Positions 9,170-18,875 of a stretch of DNA of 64,000 nt are shown here, one piece after another (the stretch's first letter is position 1; each line of letters begins with the position of its first letter). The stretch is from Opitutaceae bacterium (GTDB lineage: Bacteria > Verrucomicrobiota > Verrucomicrobiia > Opitutales > Coraliomargaritaceae). The translations under genes were made by a program, and so were the position numbers. The stretch lies in contig JBPOFY010000002.1 of assembly GCA_051252375.1 (NCBI GenBank), forward strand, positions 512,001 to 576,000. The letters run 5' to 3'. The notes below the pieces were generated by a model. It did not search any database and was not told the origin of the DNA. It was given only the letters and a program-made list of their open reading frames with translations.

Positions 9170-11431
9170 ATGCTATCGATTCGTATATTCGTCCTTTTAC
9201 TGCTCGTGAATGCCACTTGGGCGGCGAAGCCTTCGATGGACGTTAACTGGTCTGCGTTCTTAGCGGAGCAAGATATGCGTTGGGAGCGGCTTCCGAGCAA
9301 ATGGTTTGAAGGTCCCTTTCTTGGCAACGGTGAGCAAGGCACGCTCATGTATAAATTGGATAATCGCACGCTGCGATGGGATGTGGGTTGCTCGGCGGCG
9401 CATGAGCACCGTGCCCTCGCGGATGACGACTTGACCGAAAAGAACGTCACAGTTCTCAATCGAGGCCGGCACTTTATCGGTCATCTGCGACTGGAGTTAC
9501 CAGCAGACCTGACTGGTGGCAGCTCGCGCCTCTCACTGTGGGACGCTGAAGCAACGGGCACACTGACCGCCGAGGGCGGCACTGCCGAATGGTCGACGCT
9601 GACACACGCCACCGAACCTGTCATCCGCTACTGGCTGACTGCAAAGGGCAAACTGCAGGGTGCACAATTTACTTACATCGCGGAGGAAGCCCGCAACCCT
9701 CGCGCGATACGTGGCAAAAATCCACGCGAGCCGGTCAATCCATCGCCCGTGCTTTCGACACTGGACGACGGCGTCCAGACCTCAGTGCAGAACCTCGTCG
9801 CTGGCGGACAAACCGCGGTGGCTTGGTTGCGCAAAGATGTGGGTGACTCCACACATCTTTGGTTGAGCGTGCAGCACAGTTATCCAAACAACGATGCTGT
9901 GGATAAAGCCGTGGCAGCAGTGCGCGCGGCCGCAACGACCGACCAAGCGGCTTGGGTTACAGCACACCGCAAGTGGTGGCACGATTACTATCCGCAAAGC
10001 TTCGTCTCTGTCGGCGATGCCTACTGGGACTCCTTCTACTGGGTGCAACAATACAAGCTCGCCAGTGCCACACGCGACAAAGGATGGATTATCGACAACC
10101 AAGGACCATGGCTACAGCCGACTGCATGGAACGCCATTTGGTGGAACCTCAACGCCCAGCTTTCGCATAGCGGTGGATACACAGCCAATCGCCGTGGGAC
10201 GGTGTCGGCGCTGAGCCATCGGCTCGACATCAACCGCGACAACCTCGCACTAAATGTGGCAGCCCCCTATCGCGCCGATTCCTATGCGATCGGACGCACC
10301 ACCTCGGGCTGGGATCTACTCGGGCATGCCGGCCAACCTAATGGCCGCGAGCCGATGGACCCGAACAATGGGCGGGAAACCGGCAACCTCCTTTGGGCGC
10401 TGCATAATATTGATCTAGAATATCGCTACTGGCAGGACACACAGGTTCGCGATGAAGTGCTCTACCCTTTACTGACAGGTGCGGTGAACTACTACCGCCA
10501 CTTCCTGGTGGAAAACGCGGCTGGAATGTTGAGCCTACCGGAAACTTACAGTCCGGAATATAGAAGAGCCACCGACTGCACTTACGACATCGACCTCTTA
10601 CATTGGGGCACCGGACGTTTGCTCGAATTGGCCCACGAAAAGGGGCTTAGCGAAAAAGAGGAACCGTTGATCCCCCACTGGAAAGAGATTCAAACAAAAC
10701 TCGTGCCTGCACATATCGATGAAGTCAGCGGTCGAATGATTGGGCGTGGAGTCGAGTTGACAAGCAGGCACCGTCATTGGTCACACTTACTGGCGATCTA
10801 TCCACTACGCACGCTCACACCAGATACCCCAGCGAACCGCGAATTAATTGATCGTAGTCTGAACCACTGGCATAGCTTCGGGCGGGCCATGGGCTACTCC
10901 TTCACCGGTGGGTCGTGCATGGCGGCACTACTCGGCGACGGCGACCGAGCACTTGAATTCCTGAATGGACTGAAGTCGTTCTTAAAGCCGAACACCTTCT
11001 ATTCCGAAATCGGGCTCCCTGTAATGGAAACACCAATACACGGTGCCACCGCTATGCAGGAAATGTTACTACAAAGCTGGGATGGGCAGCTGCGGATTTT
11101 TCCCGCGATGCCATCCACATGGGCTGACGCTCAATTCCATCAACTGCGCGGCGAAGGCGCCTACTTAGTCAGCGCTCGCCGCGAGCAACAGGCTACGCAA
11201 TGGGTATTTATTCAGTCCGAAGTTGGCGGTAGCGTGAGAGTCGACCCCAACATTGCTGAGGTTCAATGGAGCGCCTCCGATGGCGTCACCGTGGAAAAAG
11301 ACGGGGACAATTTTCAAATTCGCACCGCACCCGGCGATTGGGTGATGTTTTGGCCAAAGGGTAAAGCAATGCCGAAGCTGTCAATCACACCAGTCGCACG
11401 AAAAGGCGCAGCGCATGCCTTCGGACTGTAG
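9170..11431 (+). CDS. Secreted glycoside hydrolase, GH95-like (putative alpha-L-fucosidase)
   Basis: Signal peptide; FLGNG, WWNLN.Q, TYSPEY, HRHWSHLLAIYP, EMLLQS...IFPAMP..W and LRGEGAYLVSA motifs. Confidence 0.8.
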   Translation: MLSIRIFVLLLLVNATWAAKPSMDVNWSAFLAEQDMRWERLPSKWFEGPFLGNGEQGTLMYKLDNRTLRWDVGCSAAHEHRALADDDLTEKNVTVLNRGRHFIGHLRLELPADLTGGSSRLSLWDAEATGTLTAEGGTAEWSTLTHATEPVIRYWLTAKGKLQGAQFTYIAEEARNPRAIRGKNPREPVNPSPVLSTLDDGVQTSVQNLVAGGQTAVAWLRKDVGDSTHLWLSVQHSYPNNDAVDKAVAAVRAAATTDQAAWVTAHRKWWHDYYPQSFVSVGDAYWDSFYWVQQYKLASATRDKGWIIDNQGPWLQPTAWNAIWWNLNAQLSHSGGYTANRRGTVSALSHRLDINRDNLALNVAAPYRADSYAIGRTTSGWDLLGHAGQPNGREPMDPNNGRETGNLLWALHNIDLEYRYWQDTQVRDEVLYPLLTGAVNYYRHFLVENAAGMLSLPETYSPEYRRATDCTYDIDLLHWGTGRLLELAHEKGLSEKEEPLIPHWKEIQTKLVPAHIDEVSGRMIGRGVELTSRHRHWSHLLAIYPLRTLTPDTPANRELIDRSLNHWHSFGRAMGYSFTGGSCMAALLGDGDRALEFLNGLKSFLKPNTFYSEIGLPVMETPIHGATAMQEMLLQSWDGQLRIFPAMPSTWADAQFHQLRGEGAYLVSARREQQATQWVFIQSEVGGSVRVDPNIAEVQWSASDGVTVEKDGDNFQIRTAPGDWVMFWPKGKAMPKLSITPVARKGAAHAFGL

Positions 11432-11493
11432 AGAATCTATCTCACACAGAGCTAATATACGTAGGCATATAGCATCCTGTATATAGGTATTCA

Positions 11494-11564
11494 GGTAGGG
11501 TTCGATATCCTTATCGAACCGCCGCGTCACACCTCTCGGCGCGTTAAGGATAACGCGCCCTACC
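11494..11564. repeat. REP doublet family B (GTAGGG...ATCCTT core)
   Basis: GGTAGGGTTCGATATCCTTATCGAACC ... GGCGCGTTAAGGATAACGCGCCCTACC; related copies at 54545-54613 and a half copy near 14280-14307. Confidence 0.85.
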
Positions 11565-11660
11565 ATCTCTGATAGATCAACATTATTGCAGAATGCTCTC
11601 GTTGCCAACCGAGGACGTGGTTTGCCATAAGACGGAAAATCCAAACCGCATCGGAATTAA

Positions 11661-11709
11661 CCCCTCCGTCTGCGGCAAGCGCAGACACCTCCCCTTCGCA
11701 GGGGAGGAG
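11661..11709. repeat. CCCCTCC...CACCTCCCC..GGGGAGG-type palindromic repeat
   Basis: CCCCTCCGTCTGCGGCAAGCGCAGACACCTCCCCTTCGCAGGGGAGGAG forms two adjacent hairpins. Confidence 0.65.
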
Positions 11710-11771
11710 TTTTGGTCGGATAAAAAACTGAAATTAACGCTATTACAGACCACTAATTAAGCCACGAACCA

Positions 11772-12230
11772 CTAAATATCGATCACGTCGTCGTCATCCT
11801 TCAAAGGACGGCGTGCCGACTGAGACTGAACTCCACCTGCTGGACCGCTGGGACCGGCGCGGTTGACTTGGACTTTTACTTTGTTCTTTCCAAAGAGGAC
11901 ATTGGCGACGGCGCTGGTGATGCTGACCACTAGAGCGCCCCAAAGCGCGCTGGTGAAACCCACTACGTGAAAGCCGCCGACGATTTCGCCGACCAAAAGG
12001 AAGAGAAAGGCATTGATAAGCCACACGCCGATACCGAAAGTCAAAATAATGAACGGCAGCGAGAACAACATGAGCAAGGGCTTGAAGAAGACGTTGCACA
12101 AACTGAGTAGGAGCACCGTGAGCAAGAGCGCTTCAGTGCTATCGTAAGAGATGCCTTGAGAGGTATTCGAAGCTAGCAACACGCCTAGTGCGATGAGAAG
12201 CCAGCTTTTGAAAAGTTGTTGTAATTTCAT
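11772..12230 (-). CDS. 4-TM membrane protein, YvlD/phage holin superfamily IV-like
   Basis: N.FFKPLL.L.SLP..ILTFG....INA motif, four hydrophobic segments, DDDVIDI tail. Confidence 0.85.
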   Translation of the reverse strand: MKLQQLFKSWLLIALGVLLASNTSQGISYDSTEALLLTVLLLSLCNVFFKPLLMLFSLPFIILTFGIGVWLINAFLFLLVGEIVGGFHVVGFTSALWGALVVSITSAVANVLFGKNKVKVQVNRAGPSGPAGGVQSQSARRPLKDDDDVIDI

Positions 12231-12232
12231 AT

Positions 12233-12757
12233 TTAGTATTTCGATTTCGCGGCCTTTTCAGTGGCGGCGGTCGGATCTTCTTCCTGATCCATTGTCGCGA
12301 TGTAGCGGAAGCTATATTGCGCGAGATCTTTCGGGTCTTCGGGATTTTCGATCACAAGTGTTACATTAAAGATATGTGGTGGTGGCACGACTCCGGCGGC
12401 ACCGAGGCCGGCATCGTCGGAAAGTTTGTTGAGTCGATGATATGGGCGACCACGAACGGAACCGGTGAAACGAACCGTGCCAACAGCGGCTTCAGGTTCG
12501 GCGATCAAGCCGTCGGCATCGATCCAGTAAACGCGGAGTTTATTACCCACGATACGGAAGTTGATCTGCGTTTCGTCTTCGCCGCGCTTAATGTAGTAGC
12601 CGGACTCAGTGACCAGCTCCCCCACTTCGTAAGGTGGCTCGGAAATCTCGGTTGGAATGACCTTTTCCTCAACGGGCGCGGCATCCTCTGCTTGAGCAAC
12701 GAGTGCAAAAAGGGAACAGGCAAGACTGAGACAGAGAGACAGCGTTTTGTAATTCAT
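12233..12757 (-). CDS. Exported hypothetical protein
   Basis: 174-aa ORF with a signal peptide (AQA cleavage); closely spaced with its neighbours. Confidence 0.75.
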   Translation of the reverse strand: MNYKTLSLCLSLACSLFALVAQAEDAAPVEEKVIPTEISEPPYEVGELVTESGYYIKRGEDETQINFRIVGNKLRVYWIDADGLIAEPEAAVGTVRFTGSVRGRPYHRLNKLSDDAGLGAAGVVPPPHIFNVTLVIENPEDPKDLAQYSFRYIATMDQEEDPTAATEKAAKSKY

Positions 12758-12787
12758 AGGAAAAAGGTATCGATGACGGCGCGAAGA

Positions 12788-14140
12788 TCAACCATCGGTT
12801 GGTTTTGAACGGCGCTGGATGTCGGCTTTAAGTTTTTTTAACTGTTCCATGCGCTGAGCGGTAGCAGCTTCTGCGCCCGCAGTGCCAGGATGGTAGAACT
12901 GTTTCGGTTCGAGCAGGTAGTCCTGACCGGACACTCCATGCGCAAAGTCATGACTATAAAGGTAATCCGCACCATGACCGAGCGCCTTATTGGTCTTGGT
13001 ATGGGCATCTCGCAGCCATAATGGAACGGCTTGAACGGGCTGATCACGGAGACTTTTCTTCACAGCGCCCATCGCAAGTGTGACAGAATTACTCTTTGGC
13101 GAGGTCGCGAGGTAGAGCACGGCGTGGGCGATGGCATACTCGCACTCGGGTAGACCGACTTTCTCACAGGCTTCAAACGCAGCCACCGCAACGGTCAACG
13201 CGTGTGAATTGGCAAGTCCGATGTCTTCCGACGCGAGTATCGTCAATCGACGAGCGATGAAGCGTGGGTCTTCCCCGCCTTGAAGCATTTTAAAGGTCCA
13301 ATAGAGCGCGGCATCGGGATCGGAGCCGCGAATACTCTTAATCATGGCGGAGGCATGGTCGTAGTGCTCGTCTTCGTCGCGATCGTAGCGGATCTGCCGC
13401 TCACGGGCAAAGACCTCGACGGTCTCTTCATTTAAATGCGCTCCGATCGGCTGACTCAGCACCAGAGTTTCCAAGGCATTGAGGGCACGGCGCAAGTCAC
13501 CACCAGAAAAGTCGGCAATGGCTTGGAAGACGGCAGGCTCGGCGGTGCAGCGTTGCGAGCCGAGCCCGCGCTCGACATCAGTCAAAGCAGTGGCCAACAC
13601 ATCCACCATCGCATCGGCTACGACCGGCTCGAGACGGAAGAGATGACTGCGGCTCAAGAGCGGCGCGTTGACGTAAAATCCGGGATTGTGCGTGGTCGCG
13701 CCGATCAAACGAATGTTGCCAGCTTCAACATCGGGCAGGAGCAGGTCTTGCTGCGATTTGTTGAAACGATGGATTTCGTCGATAAACAAGATGGTTCGCT
13801 TCTCCGCCTCATAGCGAGCCAGTCGAAGGATGTCGCGCATCTCGGCGACATTTGAAAGCACGGCGTTGATTCGCACGAATTTACTCTCGGTCTCCTCGGC
13901 AATGACTTCGGCGAGCGAGGTCTTTCCGCATCCGGGCGGACCGTAGAAAATCAAACTGCCAAAGTTATCCGCCTGTATCAGGCGCGGGAGCAAACAGCCC
14001 TCGCCCACGATGTGCGGCTGCCCAATGATTTCCCCCAAAGCACGCGGACGCATCCGCACCGCGAGCGGACGCTTCGCGGCACCAGAGGCACCTGCTTCCG
14101 GCGCTTCAAAGAAACCGGCTTGTTGGGAATCGGAAGGCAT
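12788..14140 (-). CDS. rarA: Replication-associated recombination protein A (MgsA/RarA)
   Basis: [50 protein letters not shown]. Confidence 0.95.
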   Translation of the reverse strand: MPSDSQQAGFFEAPEAGASGAAKRPLAVRMRPRALGEIIGQPHIVGEGCLLPRLIQADNFGSLIFYGPPGCGKTSLAEVIAEETESKFVRINAVLSNVAEMRDILRLARYEAEKRTILFIDEIHRFNKSQQDLLLPDVEAGNIRLIGATTHNPGFYVNAPLLSRSHLFRLEPVVADAMVDVLATALTDVERGLGSQRCTAEPAVFQAIADFSGGDLRRALNALETLVLSQPIGAHLNEETVEVFARERQIRYDRDEDEHYDHASAMIKSIRGSDPDAALYWTFKMLQGGEDPRFIARRLTILASEDIGLANSHALTVAVAAFEACEKVGLPECEYAIAHAVLYLATSPKSNSVTLAMGAVKKSLRDQPVQAVPLWLRDAHTKTNKALGHGADYLYSHDFAHGVSGQDYLLEPKQFYHPGTAGAEAATAQRMEQLKKLKADIQRRSKPTDG

Positions 14141-14217
14141 CCTCCCAAGATCAAAGCATGGCCGAATCCTTGCAAGATCGAACGGAAGCGAATCCAAACG
14201 GAACTGAACTGAAAAAA

Positions 14218-14276
14218 GGTAGGGACGTCCGCTTCTCTGGCACTGCCTCGGACGCCTGAGGGCAGACGTCCCTACC
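14218..14276. repeat. REP doublet family C (left arm partly deleted)
   Basis: GGTAGGGACGTCC...GGACGCCTGAGGGCAGACGTCCCTACC followed by TTTGGCG, as in the 18730 and 47244 copies. Confidence 0.8.
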
Positions 14277-14390
14277 TTTGGCGATTATAAGGATATCGTG
14301 CCCTACCGGATAACGACCATGGCAACTCCTAGGGAGGGATTATTCAGATTGAAAGTATCACTAACGCTCCTTTACATTACTTGAAACGTT

Positions 14391-16052
14391 ATGCCTTTCG
14401 ATAAGCCCATCTCAACCAGAGCCCCGGCTATGGTGCTATTGCCAGGGATGGTAGCGGGATTGTTGCTGGCAAGGCACTTCAACGCTCCCGAAGTGATGCT
14501 GCTTGCGGGCGCAGTGACCTTGGGAGTGCTCAGCTTGATCGCGAATCGTCTGCGCAGCGCGGCATGGGTCTGGCTGGGCAGCTTTATCCTGAGCACTACT
14601 TTAGCTTTCTGGGCATACGGTGAAATCCGCCTACCTGAACAACCCGATGCGCGCGCACTAACCATGCCCGAGCGTGAAGCGACGCTCACACTCGAAATCG
14701 AGCGCGTGTTGAACCCGATCAATCAGTTCCGTAAATCAAGTGGGATCGCCCGAGTCAAATCGGCAACTCCGACGAGTCCGGTGCAACGAGGGGCGCTCGT
14801 CTATTTTCGCATTAAAACACCCGAGACAGAGACATTTGAAATTGTTCGTGGGCAGCAGTTGCAGGTCACCGGCGTGCTTTACCCGATCATCGTTGAAGTC
14901 GGTGAAGACAGCTTTGAGTCCTACCTGAAAGCCATCGGCATTCACTATCGGTTTGAGCGAACGAGCGAGCTCACTGTGCTAAAAGCGCCAGCGGCCTTTG
15001 ATCGTTTTTGCATGCAGATGAATGAACGGTTTCAAGAATACCTCCGACTCGGTGCGCCGGCAGACATACACTTGACCAAGATCTACGTCGCCATGCTACT
15101 CGGTCGAAAAGGTGAACTGACTGACGAGCAGAACGATCGTTTCCGCATGACGGGCACAATGCATTTCTTTGCGATCAGCGGGCTGCACATCGGCGTGATT
15201 GCCACGGTGATCGCGCAATGCCTGATGCTCATACGTGTGCCACGCCACCTCAGCCCTTTCATCGGGCTACCACTGCTCTACCTGTATGTGGAAATCACTG
15301 GCGCCTCCCCTTCCGCCGTGCGTGCCTTTATCATGGCTGCTTTCTTTTGGGCAAGTTACGCAATCGTCCGCCAAAGGTCACCCATCGGCGCGCTGGCTGC
15401 GTCGGCCGTCGCGGTGTTAATCATTGTGCCGGAGCAACTATGGAGCCTCGGTTTTCAACTCTCTTATATTGTTGTGCTGAGCATTTTGCTATTCGGCATT
15501 CCGCTCTATGAAGCACTGGGTCAACGCTATCGCCCCTATAAATTACTGCCCGAAGCAAACTGGAGCAGCCAACAACGCACGATCGCCTGGCTCAGCGACA
15601 AGCTACTGCTGCTCTTCGCCATCAGCTTCTCCGCATGGCTCGCCAGCACACCTTTGAGTGCCGGGCTCTTTGGCTTTATTGCTCCCGGTGCGATACTGCT
15701 CAACATGCTGCTGGTCTATCTCGCGGCACTGACAATTACGGGGGGCGTGATCGGCCTAAGCTTTGCGACCGTCGGTCTGACTGCGCTCTGCGGATTCCTA
15801 AATCACTCCGCCTGGGTTTGCCTCTTTGTAATGGACACCTTGGTCAGTTGGAGCACTTGGATTCCCGGCAGCATCCTCGTCTGCGACCAATTCCCACAAA
15901 GCATCAGCTATCTCACCGTGGTTGGCTTTCTCAGCATCTTGATATGGCTACATCAAGATCGCATGCGTTTCAAAACACGCGCCGTGCTGATTGCCCCGAG
16001 TTTTGTCATTCTCATGGTCGGACTCGGCTACTGCCTAAGCTTAGCGAGCTGA
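14391..16052 (+). CDS. comEC: ComEC/Rec2 competence membrane protein (no C-terminal MBL domain)
   Basis: TGTMHFFAISGLHIG, SPSAVRAFIM and GFQLSY motifs. Confidence 0.88.
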   Translation: MPFDKPISTRAPAMVLLPGMVAGLLLARHFNAPEVMLLAGAVTLGVLSLIANRLRSAAWVWLGSFILSTTLAFWAYGEIRLPEQPDARALTMPEREATLTLEIERVLNPINQFRKSSGIARVKSATPTSPVQRGALVYFRIKTPETETFEIVRGQQLQVTGVLYPIIVEVGEDSFESYLKAIGIHYRFERTSELTVLKAPAAFDRFCMQMNERFQEYLRLGAPADIHLTKIYVAMLLGRKGELTDEQNDRFRMTGTMHFFAISGLHIGVIATVIAQCLMLIRVPRHLSPFIGLPLLYLYVEITGASPSAVRAFIMAAFFWASYAIVRQRSPIGALAASAVAVLIIVPEQLWSLGFQLSYIVVLSILLFGIPLYEALGQRYRPYKLLPEANWSSQQRTIAWLSDKLLLLFAISFSAWLASTPLSAGLFGFIAPGAILLNMLLVYLAALTITGGVIGLSFATVGLTALCGFLNHSAWVCLFVMDTLVSWSTWIPGSILVCDQFPQSISYLTVVGFLSILIWLHQDRMRFKTRAVLIAPSFVILMVGLGYCLSLAS

Positions 16053-16329
16053 CTAAGCCACAGCCCAAAATGCCTGTGCGACGAGTAAATTGCATTCATT
16101 TAAAGGCATTGACAGTGCCTATGAACTCCCCCTTAAAGGAGGACATCGTGTAACGGCGTGCGTTGCATAAGTGCCTCGCACTGTGAAAGCTCGCTCAAAT
16201 AGACCGGATGTCGGACTGTTCGCCCAAACACTATACATAAAGCCTCTGGAACGATCCATATGCTTTGATTCACCCGAGCGCCACAGGCACTCAATGCAGA
16301 CCTTTCTAAACGCACACTTGCGCAGACCC

Positions 16330-17532
16330 ATGAGCAACGACCCATCACAGGAACTTCCCACGCAACCCGCGGAGGAAACCGCCGAACAAGCACCCAAGGC
16401 CGAAAAACCAAATAAGCCGAAAGACAACCAAATCTCCGTATCCGGCGTATTGGAACTCCTTCCGAATAAAACTGGCCAACTACTCGACCCTGCTCGCAAC
16501 GGTAAAACCAAACCGAGCGATCCCTTTATTCCCCGCGAACTGATCAACCGCTTCAAGCTCAAGCAAGGCAACTTCATCGAAGCGCAAGCGATTCAGAACG
16601 ACCGCTTCCCGAATCCCAAAGTCCGCTTCATCGATAGCGTCGACGGCGCTAGCCTCGAAGAGCGCAAAGGTCGCTACACTTTTCAGCAGATGGTCTCCAT
16701 CGCACCCGATGAGCAGATTAACCTCGAATCAAAAGACGGTCGTATCACGACTCGCATCATGAATCTCTTTTGCCCGATTGGTAAAGGCACACGTGGTCTC
16801 ATCGTCGCGCCACCACGCACTGGTAAAACAACTCTACTGCACGACATCGCACACAGCGTGATTGAAAACCACCCCGAGTGTCACGTCATCGTGCTACTCG
16901 TCGATGAGCGCCCTGAAGAAGTCACCGATTTCAAACGCAGCGTCGACGCCGAGATTTACGCCTCTTCCAACGACGAAGAAATCACCAACCACACACGCCT
17001 CGCAGAACTCGCGATTGATCGCTGCAAATGTCTCGTCGAAGCGGGCAAAGATGTTGTGCTGTTAATGGATTCGATCACTCGTCTCTCCCGCGCCTACAAT
17101 GCCGCATCTGGTAAAGGTGGTCGCACAATGACCGGTGGTCTCGACAGCCGCGCGCTCGAAAAGCCACGTCAAATTTTCTCCGCTGCACGTAACTGTGAAG
17201 AAGGCGGCAGCCTCACGATCATCGCGACTGCCCTCATTCAAACAGGCAGTAAGATGGACGACCTGATCTTCCAAGAATTCAAGGGCACCGGTAACATGGA
17301 AATGGTGCTCGACCGCAAAGCCGCCGAACTACGTCTCTGGCCTGCGATCAATTTGAATGCTTCCGGCACACGTAAGGAAGAACTCCTGCTCTCAGGTAAA
17401 TACCTCGAAGGTGCACAATTCCTCCGCCGCGCACTCGCAGGTCAAAAAATTGAAGACGCCGCTGAAACCATGATCGAACGCTTCAGCCAGACCAAGAACA
17501 ACGACGAGTTCTTAAAGCTACTCCAGCGGTAA
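16330..17532 (+). CDS. rho: Transcription termination factor Rho (short paralogue)
   Basis: [59 protein letters not shown]. Confidence 0.92.
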   Translation: MSNDPSQELPTQPAEETAEQAPKAEKPNKPKDNQISVSGVLELLPNKTGQLLDPARNGKTKPSDPFIPRELINRFKLKQGNFIEAQAIQNDRFPNPKVRFIDSVDGASLEERKGRYTFQQMVSIAPDEQINLESKDGRITTRIMNLFCPIGKGTRGLIVAPPRTGKTTLLHDIAHSVIENHPECHVIVLLVDERPEEVTDFKRSVDAEIYASSNDEEITNHTRLAELAIDRCKCLVEAGKDVVLLMDSITRLSRAYNAASGKGGRTMTGGLDSRALEKPRQIFSAARNCEEGGSLTIIATALIQTGSKMDDLIFQEFKGTGNMEMVLDRKAAELRLWPAINLNASGTRKEELLLSGKYLEGAQFLRRALAGQKIEDAAETMIERFSQTKNNDEFLKLLQR

Positions 17533-17620
17533 GTTTGAGAGCGCACTAGCGAACAGTCGTCTCGGCGAGACGCCCCCACCTTACTACTCCTTTCAGCCAA
17601 ACCTTTGGCGTAATGGACCT

Positions 17621-17699
17621 GGTAGCGGCGCTTGTCCCTAAGCGCCATCCGTCAGAGTCAGACCGTATCAGATGGCGGTCAGGGACGACCGCCGCTACC
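17621..17699. repeat. REPIN family A, copy 2 (overlaps the mutM stop codon)
   Basis: Arm variant 1 + reverse-oriented spacer + arm variant 2 (GGTAGCGGCGGTCGTCCCTGACCGCC). Confidence 0.9.
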
Positions 17700-18507
17700 G
17701 CTGACACTTCGGACAATAAAAACTGTTCCGCTGACCAATGTTCAGCGAACGAATCGCGGTGTCACAAACCGGGCAAGCTTCACCGGCTTTGCCATAGACC
17801 TTTAGCTGGATACGAAAGTAACCCGGTTTGCCATCGGCACCGAGAAAATCGCGTAGCGTTGTGCCGCCTTGCTCAATCGCTTTAGCGAGCACGGTCTTGA
17901 TGTTTTGTGCCAGCACTTGATAACGCTGGCGGCTGATGTTCCCAGCCGCACGCCTCGGGTCGATCCCGCTCATGAACAGCGCTTCATTCGCATAGATATT
18001 ACCCACACCGACGACCACAGCATTGGTCATAATGAAGTTCTTCACCGCCACCGTGCGACCACGTGAGCGCTCAAATAAACGCGCCCCATCAAACGCATCC
18101 GTCAACGGTTCCGGACCTAAGCCAGCAAATAATTTAAGCTCCGGCTCAGCCGCCCCTTGCCACAAGCAGGCACCAAAACGGCGCGGATCATTCAAGCGCA
18201 GGCAATAACCAGCATCCAAAACGATATCCAAATGGTCGTGCTTCAACACCGCCTTGTCAGTGGGCTGCACAGTCAAACTGCCCGACATACCTAAGTGTAA
18301 CACAATCGAACCGGCAGCAGTATCCAGTAGCAGATACTTCGCTCGGCGACGCACAGCTCGAATCTCATGCCCTACCGCCAGTTGCACAGCATCCGGCACA
18401 AGCCATCGCAACTGCGGTTGACGCACCCGCACGGCAATCACTTGCTTGCCCTCTACATGCGGCGCAATCCCACGACGGGTTGTTTCAACTTCAGGTAATT
18501 CAGGCAT
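17695..18507 (-). CDS. mutM: Formamidopyrimidine-DNA glycosylase
   Basis: [30 protein letters not shown] and C-terminal CPVC...CPKCQ zinc finger. Confidence 0.97.
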   Translation of the reverse strand: MPELPEVETTRRGIAPHVEGKQVIAVRVRQPQLRWLVPDAVQLAVGHEIRAVRRRAKYLLLDTAAGSIVLHLGMSGSLTVQPTDKAVLKHDHLDIVLDAGYCLRLNDPRRFGACLWQGAAEPELKLFAGLGPEPLTDAFDGARLFERSRGRTVAVKNFIMTNAVVVGVGNIYANEALFMSGIDPRRAAGNISRQRYQVLAQNIKTVLAKAIEQGGTTLRDFLGADGKPGYFRIQLKVYGKAGEACPVCDTAIRSLNIGQRNSFYCPKCQR

Positions 18508-18612
18508 TCTAAAAACAACGAATCCTCAACACCGCTACGGTCAACGACCAATGGTATAAATCACAGCTTTATGTCCGTGAATGCGATAGAGTAAGGACGA
18601 CTCTGATGCAGG

Positions 18613-18661
18613 TTTAACCACCCGCTCCCGACGGTCGCTAGAGGACGCTGAGAGCCCAGAG
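18613..18661 (+). repeat. Left inverted repeat flanking the accessory gene
   Basis: TTTAACCACCCGCTCCCGACGGTCGCTAGAGGACGCTGAGAGCCCAGAG, similar to the reverse complement of 19764-19812. Confidence 0.7.
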
Positions 18662-18729
18662 GTGCTACGTGAAGAGGCGAAACTTAAAGAAATATATTTA
18701 AACGAACCTAACTATTTACTGACGCCAAA

Positions 18730-18803
18730 GGTAGGGACGCCTGCCCTCAGGCGTCCTGAGTAGTAAGAAGTATCGCGGACGCCTAGGGGCAGGCGTCCCT
18801 ACC
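18730..18803. repeat. REP doublet family C
   Basis: GGTAGGGACGCCTGCCCTCAGGCGTCC ... GGACGCCTAGGGGCAGGCGTCCCTACC. Confidence 0.88.
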
Positions 18804-18875
18804 ACCACTCAAACAACATTGTTTACATAACCGCTCAGTGAACTGTAAGCTAACTTCGTGAAACGACTGAGCAAA

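Noticed and set aside
11772..12230. Holin-family annotation as evidence of a prophage
   Set aside because: YvlD-like 4-TM proteins are common chromosomal genes; no phage structural, lysis or integrase genes are nearby and it is co-oriented with rarA
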